Below, one piece after another: positions 12,481-26,145 of a DNA stretch of 64,000 nt. The DNA comes from Eledone cirrhosa (Eukaryota). Under the pieces are notes generated by a model that was not told the origin of the DNA, did no database searches, and saw only the letters and a program-made list of their open reading frames with translations. A program made the translations under genes and the position numbers. Location: positions 113,708,001 to 113,772,000 of the forward strand of contig OZ024740.1 of the NCBI GenBank assembly GCA_964016885.1, in the 5' to 3' direction. The number at the start of each line of letters is the position of its first letter. Positions within the stretch are counted from its first letter, which is position 1.

Positions 12481-12487
<7 letters not shown>
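11787..12487 (+). repeat. ~700-bp insertion in (TA)n with ~85-bp terminal direct repeats (period ~617)
   Basis: TATCTATTGAGCGCTTGCCACACAATTCGGA...GCTAATTTATAT at 11787-11870 and ~12404-12487. Confidence 0.75.
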
Positions 12488-12517
<30 letters not shown>

Positions 12518-12700
12518 GACAAATCTACCAAAATATACGGCAGTGTCCAATCCGTATGAAGAACTCAATGTAATCCAAATATCATGAAAAGAGAAGATGC
12601 ATTCAAAAGTTTTCGATGAAAATCACTGGAAAACAGAGTCAAGATAAATTAATAAAAACAATGAATAAAAACAAAGAACAAGTTCCTTATATTAAAAAAT

Positions 12701-12836
12701 TCATCATTTTACGATCGTTTCTAGGATATATATGTGTGTTGGTATGTATATCATATAGATCTATGTAAAAATATTACAAACTATCAGAGGAAATATACAT
12801 ACCTTCACATATATATGCTGTCTTCAGAAATAATGA
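12701..12836 (-). ncRNA. Type I hammerhead motif with long stem II
   Basis: TCATTATTT-CTGAAGA-cag.ATATATATGTG..GGTATGTATAT...ATATACATACC....CACATATATAT.cta-GAAA-CGATCG-TA-AAATGATGA; 9-bp stem I; palindromic ACGATCGT. Confidence 0.8.
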
Positions 12837-13079
12837 TATTTGTTTATTGAAAAAAACTAACAAAGATTTAATATAATAGGTCTGTTTGGGAACAGGTTTA
12901 GAATTGACCAATAGAAAAATAGTAAGAGGTCAAGTTGATAGAATATTAGTAGTAGAAATTTAATTTAGGGGTAGAGGAATGCAGACTTAAGTTTTGAACG
13001 GAAATAATACTTTGAATGAAAAGAATACTTTGGGGATGAAAAGAGGTCAAGCCGGTGAAGGATACACGAAAATTTGATG

Positions 13080-13350
13080 TTATTAAAACTGAAGGAGAGT
13101 AAAATTTTAAGGTAAAGGTATTAGTGAGAAATACCAATCTTATTTAAAACACAAGGAATTTAGATCTATAATAAGAAGTTAAATTAATTGATAGGTATTC
13201 TTATAGGGATAAATGTATATTAATTCATATGGATGTGATAAATAAGAATTAGATGTTATTAAAGAATGTTGTTAAAAACGAAGGAAAATAAAATTTTGGG
13301 ATAAGTGTAGTAGTGAGAAATACCAATCTTATATAGACTACAAGGAATAT
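13080..13350. repeat. Diverged direct repeat, period ~190 bp
   Basis: TAGTGAGAAATACCAATCTTAT...CAAGGAAT at ~13122 and ~13312. Confidence 0.6.
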
Positions 13351-15672
13351 GATATAATATAATATATATATATTTCCAACACTAATGCCATCCAGAATTC
13401 TAGGGGAAGAGTATATCTACTCAACAATCACTGCGTTAATGAGTAATGCATGAATGTGAAAATACAGTGACAGAAATAGTAGTGCAAGGATTTACTATTT
13501 ACTTATTTCATTCTATATTCTACCAGTTAACTCTAACATCTGTATTCTACCAAGAGTATTTATTCTGGTGTTATTTTATATCACATTTTCGAAATTGACC
13601 ATTTTGACCTTCGATAGATACAAAGGAATCAACGAACAAGCAGCGGTTGTCATACGCGGTAAGAGAATATGCTAAATAAAATAATCAAATCTCCTTCAAA
13701 TCATATTATAAATAAACCTTGTGTAATTGTTTGGTTGTTGGTTCAGGCATCATCTCATGTTCACTTTACGAAGTTTTTCGTGATCTAACTAGGGGTCTCC
13801 TGTAATTAAAACACCAGAAAAATCGCCTGTGTGATGCAATCGTATAGGCCATATGAACATGTATAGTGTGCGGTGTAAATCTAATTTTTTTTTTCAAATG
13901 TTATTGTACAACGCCTCAAATAAATGGAGCTATTTGATAATGTAGTCCCAGTTATAGTATATCGGAAAAACATACAAGGATCGTGACAGCTGAAATTACT
14001 TTGATCATAGGCCTAACTATACAGAAGTAACTGTGGAACGTAAACACTATACATGACAATAACAACAACCACAACAACAGTAACAGCACCACCAGTAACA
14101 ATAACAACAAAGTAATCAATATTCAATAGTGTGTTTAATTTCCAAAAGCCCCGGGTTTTGGGCTTTTGTCAATTCTCAGGTGAATCCAATTAATTTCTCT
14201 TACACGTGTTTTAATGCCATTTAAATTGAAATGAATGTCACATACTCTCATTCCACTCCTTTATCGTCGTGTGGCTTTTTGCCACGTATTGATTCTTCTT
14301 TCAGGAAATCGAAATAGAATAAATGGACATTTTTCATCTAATCATTTTGAAGGAAAATTTAGTCGTAATTTTATTCCTTTTCTTTTTCAGCGATATTCTG
14401 GTAATTTATAAATATCAGAGTCTATTAGTTTTACATCCCACCAAGCTAACTGTACCACGGTGTTTGGTGTCTCTTGGTGATCGTATAATATGTTTTATTA
14501 TTAGTAAATATGTTATTTATATCGTTACTATTACATTTCTGATCATTGTAACTAACAATAGATGCAATGGAAACTGGGGATATTTCTACCTTTCAATTGC
14601 TGTTCATTGTTCGTGTGATATAGATATTTATGGTTTATATCGTCACATTCTATATAATTCTATTAATTATTTCTTTAAGTATGTTCAATAATTTTGATCC
14701 AAATCTAGATATGTTCCTGTTTCATTGCTTTAAATAACTAATACTTTGGAATTTGGTGCAACGATCATACAAAACAAAGTTGTACTAGTTTGGTAAGTGA
14801 CTTGAGCTGAGATCAGCCGTTGACAGTGAAGCAGTTATATCGTTGGCGAGTCAGTTTAGCCATTAAAAAACGTAACTGATGCATTCAGATTTTTTTCATT
14901 TCGTTATGTCAGAATTTTCAAAGCTTTTTTCATACAATGATCGCTGAGAGCTGAAATTGTACCAGAGGCGAAGAGGAATAAATCGAATAGATGGCAAATG
15001 ACCTAATCTGAAATTGTTTCTTGATTCTGAGACAATTACATCATGGAAGACTCATTTTAACCAATAAAATAGCACACACTTGTGCACGTACACAGACACA
15101 CTTGTATTAATATTTCATATATTTCATTGTATCCAAACGTATGTCGCGTCTTTGCGTCTAGTTCACTGACATTCATAGCATTAGGACGTAGATGTCCGAT
15201 GAAAATCCTTACACCATGAAATAGAAGAAAAAATATAGCAATAATGCCTGAAAGTATATGAGATATTGTTTTAGGAAGAACGTTTCAATTGATTTGACTT
15301 CTAATTCTAGCACGTCAAGCGAGCGGTTAGAGGTTGATTCATTGATTCGTATTACTTACTCTCTTAGCATTCTCCATAAAACATGTATAAGGTACGCGAA
15401 AACTTTAACCCTCGGAGAATTGTTTCTCAACACGAATCTCACATCAGCAGAAGCAATGACCAGATGTGAAATTAATCAACTCTATAGGAGACTGTCAGGA
15501 GGAGAAATAAGGAGGCGGCTACTACGCAAAGGGATATCAGATTTCCGTCTTAGGTGGTTCTTGATAGCTCAATGCAATAGGTAATGATAATGTGATGTAG
15601 TCAGTTTAATCAAATATACTCCTATCCAAAGAGATATTTTCCTGGTGAAATAAATTTATAATTTATTAAATA

Positions 15673-16895
15673 CTAGCAGTGGTACCCGGCGTTGAACGGG
15701 ATAAGGTATTTTGGAACGCGGGCCGCCAACAGACCTAATCGTGGAAAAACTGCATGCCTGGACAATATGTAAAGAAAATAAAACGAATACTTTAATGGCT
15801 GGATAATCTTTAAGAATTTCCTCGATGAAGCAGGAAAAATGTAGGTTTTCACCTAATGGTGAAAACCTACATTTTTCCTGCTCGGGGATCAAGAAAATGA
15901 ATTTTTTATGTGCATAATATGCCTTGAAATTTCGGTTAGACGTAACGCAACCAAAAAGCCCTAAGAAGCTGAAAAAATTAAATGTTTCACCTAATGCGGG
16001 CCCTTGGCCATCAGAAAGTTGGATTTTCTTTGCTTGCTTACCGTATGAAGAAAAGATTAACTAATACATAGTTACAATTTCAAAGAAATGGGTCTGACGT
16101 AACGCTTCAAAAAAACCCTAAAAATGTTTAAAAAACGCAGTTTTTCACCTAGGAGATCAAAAAGTTGAATGTTTTTATGTGCATAACACTCTCTGAAACA
16201 TAAGTAATACACATGTAAAGTTTGGAAAAAGTCGGTTGGGTACTTCTCGAGTTTTAGGGATTCAAACTCACAGACACACACACACATACACACATACACA
16301 CAGACAGACATCTTCAGGGAAGTGACGTAATATAGACAGCCAGACATACAGACAGATATTATAAGGGCGCGACATTATATGTATCTATCTATATAAAAAG
16401 AGAAAGACTAAGAATTATAGAGCGAGATCGCTAAATCACCTAATGCGGTCCCTAGGGCATTGAAAATTTGAATTTTTATTTTGCTCATAACACTTCCTGA
16501 AACATAAGTATTACATGTGTAAAGTTTGAAAACAGTCGGTTTGTGGCTTCTCTACAATACTAAGCGGCAAAATATAAACTTTTGTTCTCGTAAAGGCACA
16601 TAAGTAAACAAACTGAAACTATTACAACGAGACAGATATTCTAAGGGCACACCGTTATATGTATGTACCTATCTAAAAAGAGAAAGACTAAGAATTATAG
16701 AGCGAGATCGCTAAATCGCCTAATGCGGGCGCTAGGGCAAAGAAAATTTGAATTTGTTTTTGCTCAGAACACTCCCTGAAACATAAGTATTACATGTGTA
16801 AAGTTTGGAAACAGTCGGTTGGGTGGTTCTCGAGTTTTAGGGATTCGAACTCACACACACACACAGACAGACATCCCCAGTTTTATATATATAGA
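15673..16895 (-). mobile_element. Non-autonomous Helitron
   Basis: Minus strand begins TCTATATATATAAAA followed by (GTCT/GT)n, and ends CCCG-ttcaacgc-CGGG hairpin + CTAG. Inserted between A and T with no TSD. Internal subrepeats TTTCACCTAATGCGGGCCC and a ~290-bp internal duplication. Confidence 0.85.
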
Positions 16896-19246
16896 TAAAT
16901 TAATTTCACATAAATAGAATGTTCCAACTATTTGCGTTTTGCTTTCAAATCTTGCTATGAGCTACATAGATGGTAGACGTAATTCGTCGACTTATTAACA
17001 CCCTTTATGACCCTTGGGTTCCTAAACATAGTCCACCTTTTTGCATGTAATCAGATCAAATGGCCCGTTTAAAGATACCTCATTCTTCTGTCCAACCATT
17101 CTCACAGACCCTGAAAAAAGTTAAGGGCACCGCCTTTCCCTTTCTGTGTGAATTGTTACAAAAGGAATATCGTACCTATGTTTAACATATTAATTACTTA
17201 ATTACAAGTAGTCACGTGCATTAATCAATTCCTCAATAACTCTGAAAATGAATCCATTTAAATGCAATCTTATATTATATTGGAATTCCTTTAAACATTA
17301 TTTCTTCTGTAATCTTTGAGTTTATTACAATAAATGGTTTCACTATAGATTTCATCGTGCACATATCACTTAACGTATACACACTAATAACAGAAGACAA
17401 AATTACCCACCCACCTGCGAATTTTCGTTACAATTTCAACTGCAGCATCCCCAGCGAATTATCAAAATAAACGTAGCTAACGGCCATATAGAAAATTATT
17501 CTTTCACAACAGAAGAATAACAGGTATAATAGCAGATCAGGTAATGCATGTTTAATTATTTTTATAGACATAAGAGGCAGGCTGTACGGAAGGAGTTAAA
17601 TAGAAACATTATGTGATAAACAAAGAAGGAAAGAAAATGCAACATTATCTCCCCCGCAATTTTCTTTCTTCCTTTTCAAAGTAATTATAACATTGTTTTT
17701 CTAAAAGACTTAAATAAGATTAGCAATATTTAAAAGCTTTTATACAACAATAATGAGGCACTTAGCTGGAAATGCAATTTGTATAGAGTTTAAAATATAA
17801 TCCGAGTGAGCTTCAGGGGTTCGGATATGGAGATTGGGATTTCATTGGTTATCCTGAATAAGTTCTTCTATGTTTGATATTTATGTTTCAGAATAGGATT
17901 AAGTATATTACGTTTATATGTGTTTCTTAGAAATATGATTTAATGAAACTCAGCATTTGAGTTTATGTTTAAATCTGTATACACATTTAAAATTTCTCGT
18001 CAGCTAAATGCTATATTGATGAGTTTGCATTTCTATTCTTTTACTTGAGTCAATAAAGAAGAAAGGATAAAGAAACGAATGTTATTGCCCATTTGGTATA
18101 GATAACACCATGTTCAATATTTTAGCCAGGGAAAGTTAAAACAATTCCATGCACTGTAACGGAGATATAGTTAGAACTCCTGTTTGGTTTGGACTGTTAC
18201 TCGTCACACTGTCGATGTGGCCAAGTTTCATGAGTTCTCCATCTATTTCTCTACTTCCCGCTTTCTTCACCGCTATCGCTCTCTCCTCCTTTCCCACCTT
18301 ACCTTCTCTATCTTTCTCACTGTTTTCATCTATTTATCCATCATTTAAAATACATACTTCAGATTAAATTAGTTGGTCGGAAGATGAGTCAGATTTCGAA
18401 AATCATTTAACCAATGAAATGAAAAGAGGATATCACAGAGATTGCTTGTAGCAATAAAAGCAATAACAACACACAGGATATGTTAGAACATCACTTCACA
18501 CGAATTGGGAAAGATTTACAGAGGTACTGAGGACCTTGTAACTTCACAGAGATGTAATAGAAGTTCAATGCATTAGACGTACCTTGATTAGCTTACATAG
18601 GCTATATGGGTATATGAGGAATATGTAGTCTGTAAATGACAAGTGCCATCTTAAAAGTCAAAATAAAAGACAGAGAAAATCTTCAATCGACAGTCTTCAG
18701 GAAGCTGGCACGTGAATTTTCGTGTGATCAATAACGTTTTCGACGTCAGTATACTTACAGATACGCCACTAAAATCGACTACATCTCTCCATGTTGATCT
18801 TACTTTGTCACAGCCGAAAATGGAGTGCAATTATAAGAATTGAAATAGCGGTCACCATTTCTTATATACGATCTCATCTAAAACATTATTTTCAATCATA
18901 TAGACTACAACCTACTTAATTACTATTCTATTTTCCTATGAGATGATTCGATCTTCTTACCGTAAGTTACCAGTCTAATATTTCATTTACAGGTATCTTG
19001 ACACAGCACTTAAGAATCCTTCTTCCTCAGTTCAGTTCATATTCACTCTGCTTCCAGCTATATCGAGAAGGAACAACATGGTGTACCACTTCACTCTAAT
19101 GTACAGTGTTGTACACTTACGTTGATTAATCAGCCGCATTGCACTTGAAAATAAAAGGAGAATTTCTGGACCTTTGTTTTATTAGTTTCAGTGACGACAC
19201 CATCATTATCATTATCATCATCATCATCATAATAATAATAATATTA

Positions 19247-19282
<36 letters not shown>

Positions 19283-19283
19283 G

Positions 19284-22200
19284 GCTGTCAGACATTGAAG
19301 ACATGTTTTTTTTAGCTCCGCAAAAGGGAAGTAAATTTTGTGTTTATTTTCATTTATAATAATTGTTTCATCTTTGAAAAGGGTCGTAATATTTCTGTCT
19401 TTGCCCTGTGAACGGGTGACTCTATAATATTTGGACCATTTTGCCCAAATATTTGAACTTTTTGTATATAAAAAAGAAAATTCTCGAAAGAAAAAACATG
19501 ACTGAGACACGCACCACCCCCACCTTTCGGTCTACTGTCGTATGACAGTGACCTAAACGTTGAGAGGGTGGAAGCGGCAAACACATTGATTTATACTACA
19601 CATACATTTAGCAGCACCATGACAAACAGCATGAACAGCTGCAGCAGCAAGACTAATAGTGAGAACAATGACCTAAAAAAAAAAAAAAAAAGAAAAGCAA
19701 CGCAGTAACAACCGAATGACAGACAGCATAAATAATTGTTTCTACTTTTGGCACAAAGCCAACAGACAGCATAAATAATGACAACAAAAACAGCACCGAA
19801 GTTAACACCACTAACAAGAACATAAAAAGCGAAAGCACCAACAGCAACAATACCAACTGCACCGAAAACAACAACGGTGGCACCAAGGATATAACCAACT
19901 GCAGCAGTGATAACAGCAATAACACCAACAAGGACAACTACAACAACATCGACAACACCAACAACACCAACAACAACAACACCACTTTTCGTTGCGGTAG
20001 TAGCCAAAAAGAGGCCATGCTTCAGCATGGACCCCTCGAATAAAGATGATTATCTGGTCCAGGCCTGGAAGTTCATCAAGCAAGAGCAAACCTGGGCCAA
20101 CTTAACTGTCCCGGTAGAAGCTATTGAAGCAGTGATGCGCAAAACAGTGCAATAAAGATGCATCTCAGCAGAATTAAAGAGGATGACTTTAATTGCACAG
20201 GCAGATGTTGAAGCCGCGCAGTGGTGCGTCAAGGATGACACCGAATACATAGCGAGGGGAAGACAATACGGTATCCTTTCGGTGCTGTTTAAGTCAGAAG
20301 CCCTCGCTATAAAACATGTAATGAACCCTAATAAAGGGGGGAAACGAGGATAGTTGTCAAAAACCTCATCCCCCCTCAAAATACACATGAATAAAAACAT
20401 AAACACACACACAGACACAGACACACTTACAGGCACAGAACCCTCATCTTCCAGTACTGTCTGCATTTTATATCGTGGCTGTTTTTGTGCTTAGTGGAGT
20501 TTTTTTCTTTGTGTGTTTTCCGTTTTGTTTTGGGGAAAATTTTGGTTTTCCCTCATCTTCACTACTGGAAGATGAGGAAAAACCTAAATCTCCCAAAAAA
20601 CAAAACATAAAACACACAAAGAAAGAAACTACACTAAGCACAAAAACAGCCACAATAAAAAATGCAGTCAGCACCCACGCAAACATCAACACCAACATCA
20701 ACACCACCAACACCATCACCATCACCAGAATCCCCAAAACGCAAACAACCGAAACAGAGGCAAGAACAAATACAGACACAAACATCAGAAACCACAGACA
20801 CCGCACTCACAACAAACATAAATACAACCGAAACAAAACCAACAACACAATCACCGCAACAGTCACGCAAACAAATAAAACCACACTAACAAAAACATAC
20901 AGATCTTCGTGCTTGTCAGAAGGGCTAACAAGGAATTGATGGCCCTCGTAGCACGAAGTAAAGAAATACAAACAAAGAGGGATATTTTTAAATCGAGCAC
21001 ATTTCGCGTGCAGGAAGATTTGTTTCTGGTGCGAATGTCGCACGATTTCTAAAAAGGGATTCGATACAGCCTTCCTGGGGACGTGGGAACCCTGAATGTA
21101 AAACCCACATTCAGATTTTTAAGGGGTTCCCAAAAGAAAACCAACCAACTAAGGAGGTCGAACCACCCGACCCTCACAAGAACCCGGGAGGTAAGTAAAC
21201 CTTTGCTTTCTCTTTTAGCCTGCCACCATGGCCATATTAAGAGTAGGAAGTTTAAATGTTCGAGGCCTGCGGTCGCCCTGGAAGCAGGGTCATCTGCTCA
21301 ACGACCTCATGTTTCTAGAAATGGATGTAATTGCCATCAGCGAGACCAGGATTTCCGAAATGCACGCACTAGCCCCCATTTTCCAGGACTATCAGATCTT
21401 CGCATCTGTTAGTAGGCGGGGAATGGGAGGTGGGGTGGTAGTGCTGTTTAGGAAAGTCCTGGATCTCGAGGTAAGGTCGATCTTCCGAGACCCGAATGGT
21501 AAGTTGGTTGTCCTGGACATGAACAATAGCAAGGTGGTGCCTTTTAACTGGTGGCCGTCTATGCCCCTACAGGCGCAGGGGGCTGAACTTCTTTAGACGC
21601 TTGGAAGCCTTTCTGGGTAAGTCTCGCCCTTTACTGTTAGCGGGGAACTGGAACGGCATCTTAGAGGTACACTGGGACTGTGTGGGAGTATCCGATAGGA
21701 CCGTTGGTGCAAAAGCCTCAAGTACCTGATTAGCCAGTTCCAACTGTCTGACAGGTACCGACTAGATTTCCCTAATGTGCCAATGTGGACCTGGACCAAC
21801 CGCATAGGGTCATCTAGATCGTATATAGACAGGATATTCATTAGGAAAATAGATAGAAATATTGTAAACTGTCGACGTTTTAAAACGGTCGGCTATTCAG
21901 ATCACAAGTTTATGATCTACATGTTCGACCTGGATAAGACGCATAGGATAGGAGCTGGTTACTGGAAGCTGAACATGTCATTTGCGGCACGTAAGGCTTG
22001 CACGGACTGGGTCAACAATTTAGTTAAGCAAGAGTTGACAGAAGAGGGGTGGGAGTGGTCGTCAACAACAGATGGTCGGGGGCTCTCAAAAGACATATTA
22101 GAGTAATTTCCTATAGACTTTAGCAAAGAAGTAGCGTTAGAGCAAAATAGAAAGGAGAGGGAGCTGGTAGATAAGTTAGACGAGGTTAGTTGTAGTGACA

Positions 22201-24246
22201 TTGCAACGAACAATTTCAGGCCCATAACTTTGCTCAACACAGAGTTTAAGATTTTGACCAAGGTGTTAGCGCTTGTTGTCGAGTATTTGTTTGGGGTGAC
22301 GCAAACTTGCGCAATCCCAACCAGGTCCACACACGACAACCTCCACCTGATACGATACATCATAGAGAGGGTAGGGTGTACACCTGGCTTCGGTGGGGCT
22401 ATGATCAATTTAGATCATTCGAAAGCATTCGATAATGTCGATGTTCGGTACCTGGAGGCTGTCCTCAAGGCGGCTGGCTTCGGCCCCGTCTTCAGAAGCT
22501 GGATCGCTGCAACGCACAGCGGTATCTGCTCAGTGGTCAAAGTTAATGGCCACCTCTCGGAACTGTTTCAGATCTACCGATCGGTCCGTCAAGGGTGTTA
22601 TCTCTCCTCCTTTCCGTACGTATTGACTCTCGAGCCTTTACTGCGGAAGCTGGAGCTGTTGCAGGGCTTCCCGCTCGAACCAGGACGCGAAAGGCTATGT
22701 CGGCTTATGAGGACGACATCACCGTGATGGTCTTGGACACCTTAGAAATCGAGGTGGTCGGCAACTTATTGGAGGAATATGAAAAGGTGACGTGAGCAAA
22801 ACTTAACCGGTGGGTTTGCAACTCGGCACCTGGAGAGGCAAGTCCATGCCGTCCAACAGCGTCGTTGGGCGCTGGACGGAGGGACGGTAAAGTTGCTCGG
22901 GGTTTGGTTCGGGCCAGACCTCCTTGGGACGAGGTGACGGGCAGGTTAGCCAGTCTCACCCAGAAAGGGGCTAAGAATAAGCTATCACTGAAAGGTCGGG
23001 TGGAGGTGGTGAACGCGTACATCGCGTCCGTCATCTACTACCGCCTGACCGTCGTCCCTTGCCCCCGCTCGCGCCTCGCCAACTTGGAGCGGCACCTCTT
23101 CAAATTCTTGTGGAGGAGTCAGGTTGGTGAGGCGGTCCACCTGGTGCCAGCACCCTCTACGTGGAGTGCACGCGATGTCATGGCTAATGATGCGCAAACA
23201 TGCGCTGGGTCTGCTGCATATCCAGATATTCTGCCTAAACGTTGACCAGGTGTGGACGCCGTTTGTCAGACGGACGTTTCCGCAGCTCGTATCTTTGACT
23301 GAGCTGCTGTCCTGAGTCAAGAAGAGACCGAGACTGGATGACTGGCATCTGGAATGTGGCCAGGCACTCACTGCCCTCTACCAGGCGGGCAATGCGGTCA
23401 GTGGTACTTCCATTCTCGAGTTCTATAGAGGATTAGTGGCGGGCAAGTGCGATGACGCACTCGGGGAGGCTCTGGGCGTCGACGAGGTCGAACTAACCAG
23501 TCTGTTCCGGAGGACCTTAGAACCAGGAACGATGGATACTTTCCAAAAATCCCTCGCTTGGCAGTGCTACCGAGGGGCACTGCCGGTTCGAGATAAACTC
23601 TACAGGCCCGGAAGTGCTGTCAGACAGACCTGCCCGAGATGCGCGCAGAGCGACGAAACCAGAGCGTCCAGTGTCCGTGCATTAATGGGTATCGGCCGAG
23701 TCCATAGTGAAGATCGACCCCCACCCTTCCTTTGGCCAGGCAGGGCAGGCAATTTTCCTCTGTCTGGTGGCAGTAGCGAAAGAGGTTGTATGGCGGACGA
23801 TGTTGAAAGGACTGAAGACAGACACTTTTCTTTTCGGCCAATCTCTCATCAACTTTTTCGAGTTTCACTTGGAAAGGAAGGTGAGTGTGGAGAGAGACGT
23901 TCTGCCCCCCCCCCCCCAGTATATTTGCTGAAAGATGGGTGAATGTAGCGAGAATGGCTCATCTGTGAGTGAGAGCCTACTCTGATCATGCGCCTGTAGG
24001 TGGGTGGATTTTAGGAGGAGAGGGGTTCCCTTCCGGGTGCTCTCAAAGCGTCGGGTCGTTCAGGATTGGTGGGGTACCTGAGTGAACCCTGGATGGTCAT
24101 CCCCCCTATTGGAGAATCTTTCTTGTATTTTTATTGTTATTTTGTTATTGTTATTTATACTGTTTACACGTTTTATATGTAAACCCCATTGTCCCAGTCT
24201 TTTGCATTGTCCTCTATATGTCGGCCCTTGTGGCCAATAAATGAAA

Positions 24247-24278
<32 letters not shown>

Positions 24279-24283
24279 GTTAT
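19284..24283 (+). mobile_element. Tx1-type (L1 clade) non-LTR retrotransposon copy 1, 5' UTR to 3' tail, with internal deletions
   Basis: Starts after (TTA)n. ORF1 remnant from ATG 19498, ORF2 from 21228, AATAAA at ~24236, then (TTA)n. Confidence 0.88.
21228..23998 (+). pseudogene. Tx1 ORF2 (APE endonuclease + RT), many frameshifts, deletion at ~22195
   Basis: GSLNVRGL, ISET, SYIDRIF, SDHK, GYWKLN, DHSKAFD, RQGC, AYEDD, LSLKGR, CPRC. Confidence 0.9.
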
Positions 24284-24974
24284 TTAACTGGAAAGTTTGA
24301 TGAAATGAATATCAAGCCACTACCTGCAGCCTCAGATATTCAGACGTATCGGAGGGTTCTTGCTGTTCCCAGCAAGCATGCCTTTTGAAGTGTTCCAAAA
24401 AGCGGGGCGCGACCAATTTTCTTTAACCATCCTTGGAAACTCTTTGAGATAGTACCTAGTGCGCCTATGACAATCGGGACCACTTCGACCTTATGGCAAT
24501 TCCAAATCCTTTTAATCTCCGACTTTAAGTCCTGGTATCGGCTAATTTTCTCCCTCTCCTGTTCTTGCACTCTCGTGTCGAATGGGCAGGCTACATCCAC
24601 AATCAGGCACGATCTTTTTCCCTTGTCCAAAACCACCAGGTCAGACCTATTGTGTTCCAGTTTCTTGTCCGTCTGTATCCTAATATACCACAGCACCTTC
24701 ACCTGATCGTTTTCTATCACCGACTCTGGCTTATGCTCATACCACTTCTCAGAATGTGGTAAATTGTTTTTTTGCATAGGTGCCAGTGGATCACCCTGCC
24801 CATCACATCATGTCTCCAGCCTTTATAGTGAGTCTGGGCTAGGTGTTTATACTCGGATACAATGTGAGCCAGTCTCCTCTCTTTCTCCACATATCCTACA
24901 CAGTGGGCTAGCCTCCTTCTTGTAAATATGGTGTTTCACCCAATTCGTTTTGAGGTCCTGCTCTTGCGCACACA
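24284..24974 (-). mobile_element. R4/Dong-like non-LTR retrotransposon 3' fragment (CCHC + restriction-like endonuclease)
   Basis: CRICGEREE..H, RHD, KWYEHKPESVIEN...IQTDKKLEHNRSDLVV...DVACPFD...EKISRYQDL...PIVIGALG...LQKACLLGTARTLR; 3' end runs into (TAA)n. Confidence 0.88.
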
Positions 24975-25913
24975 TTAGCATTCCTTCTGTAGCCTTTTTT
25001 GGTACTCGGCGTTGCACGAGATAAGGTATTTTGGAACGCGTGCCGCCAACAGACCTAATCGTGGAAAAACAAAAACTGCATGCCAGGACAATATGTAAAG
25101 AAAATAAACCGAATACTCTGATGGCTGGATAATTTTTAAGATTTTCCTAGATGAAGTAGGAAAAATGCAGGTTTTCACCTAATGCGGGCCCCAGCGGATC
25201 AAGAAAATTATTTTTTTTTATGTGCATAATATGCCTTGAAATTTCGGGAAAATCGGCTAGCCTCCAAAATCCCCTAAAAATATGAAAAAATGAGGTTTTT
25301 CACCTAATGCGTGCCCTAGGCTACATAAAAAGTTGGATGTTCTTTGCTCTTGGTTGTAAGAAGAGACTAACTAATACATAGTTACAATTTCAAGGAAATC
25401 GGTCTGAGGTAACACCTAAAAAAAAAACCTAAAATTTAATAGAAGCAGTTTTTCATCTGATGCGGGCCCTAGGAGATAAAAAAAAGTTAAATGTTTATGT
25501 GCATAACACTCCCTGAAACATAAGTAATACACGTGTAAAGTTTGAAAAATATCGATTTGGTACTTCTCGAGTTTTAGGGATTCAAACTCACAAACACACA
25601 TACAAAACATACATCCTCAGGGAAGTGACGTTATGTAGACAGCCAGACATACAGACAGATATTATAAGGGCGCGACATTATATATATGTATCTATCTAAA
25701 AAGAGAAAGACTAAGAATTATAGAGAGAGATCGCTAAATCATCTAATGCGATCCCTAGGGCATTGAAAATTTAAAATTTCTTTTTGCTCAGAACACTCCC
25801 TGAAACATAAGTATTACATATGTAAAGTTTGAAAACAGTCGGTTGGATGCTTCTCGAGTTTTAGGGATTCAAACTCACACACACACAGATATCCTCAGTT
25901 TTATATATATAGA
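24975..25913 (-). mobile_element. Non-autonomous Helitron, same family as 15673-16895
   Basis: Same 5' TCTATATATATAAAA start, same internal sequence, degenerate hairpin and CTAA end. Confidence 0.82.
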
Positions 25914-26145
25914 TTATTATTATTATTATCGGCGACAAACGTAGTAAATCGTATTATGGTGATCTCCGCAAAGGTTTGTTATTTTCAGTTGTTTAAAATT
26001 GCGATTTATGGGAAATGTTTATTGTTAACTGTATATAACTGCCCATACATGTTTTCTAAAAAGGACACTCAAAAAGATTGGGGTCTTGATACCAAAATTT
26101 AAACTTTTATAATTATCAAACAAAAATTTTTCTTTGAAAAAAATC

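Noticed and set aside
18975-19090. Possible host exon (TTTCATTTACAG acceptor, ~90-nt open stretch)
   Set aside because: Weak donor, no recognisable peptide, no other supporting exons; would need RNA-seq.
19591-20939. Long hydrophobic or Thr-rich ORFs resembling membrane proteins or mucins
   Set aside because: Alternate frames of the A/C-rich low-complexity part of Tx1 ORF1.
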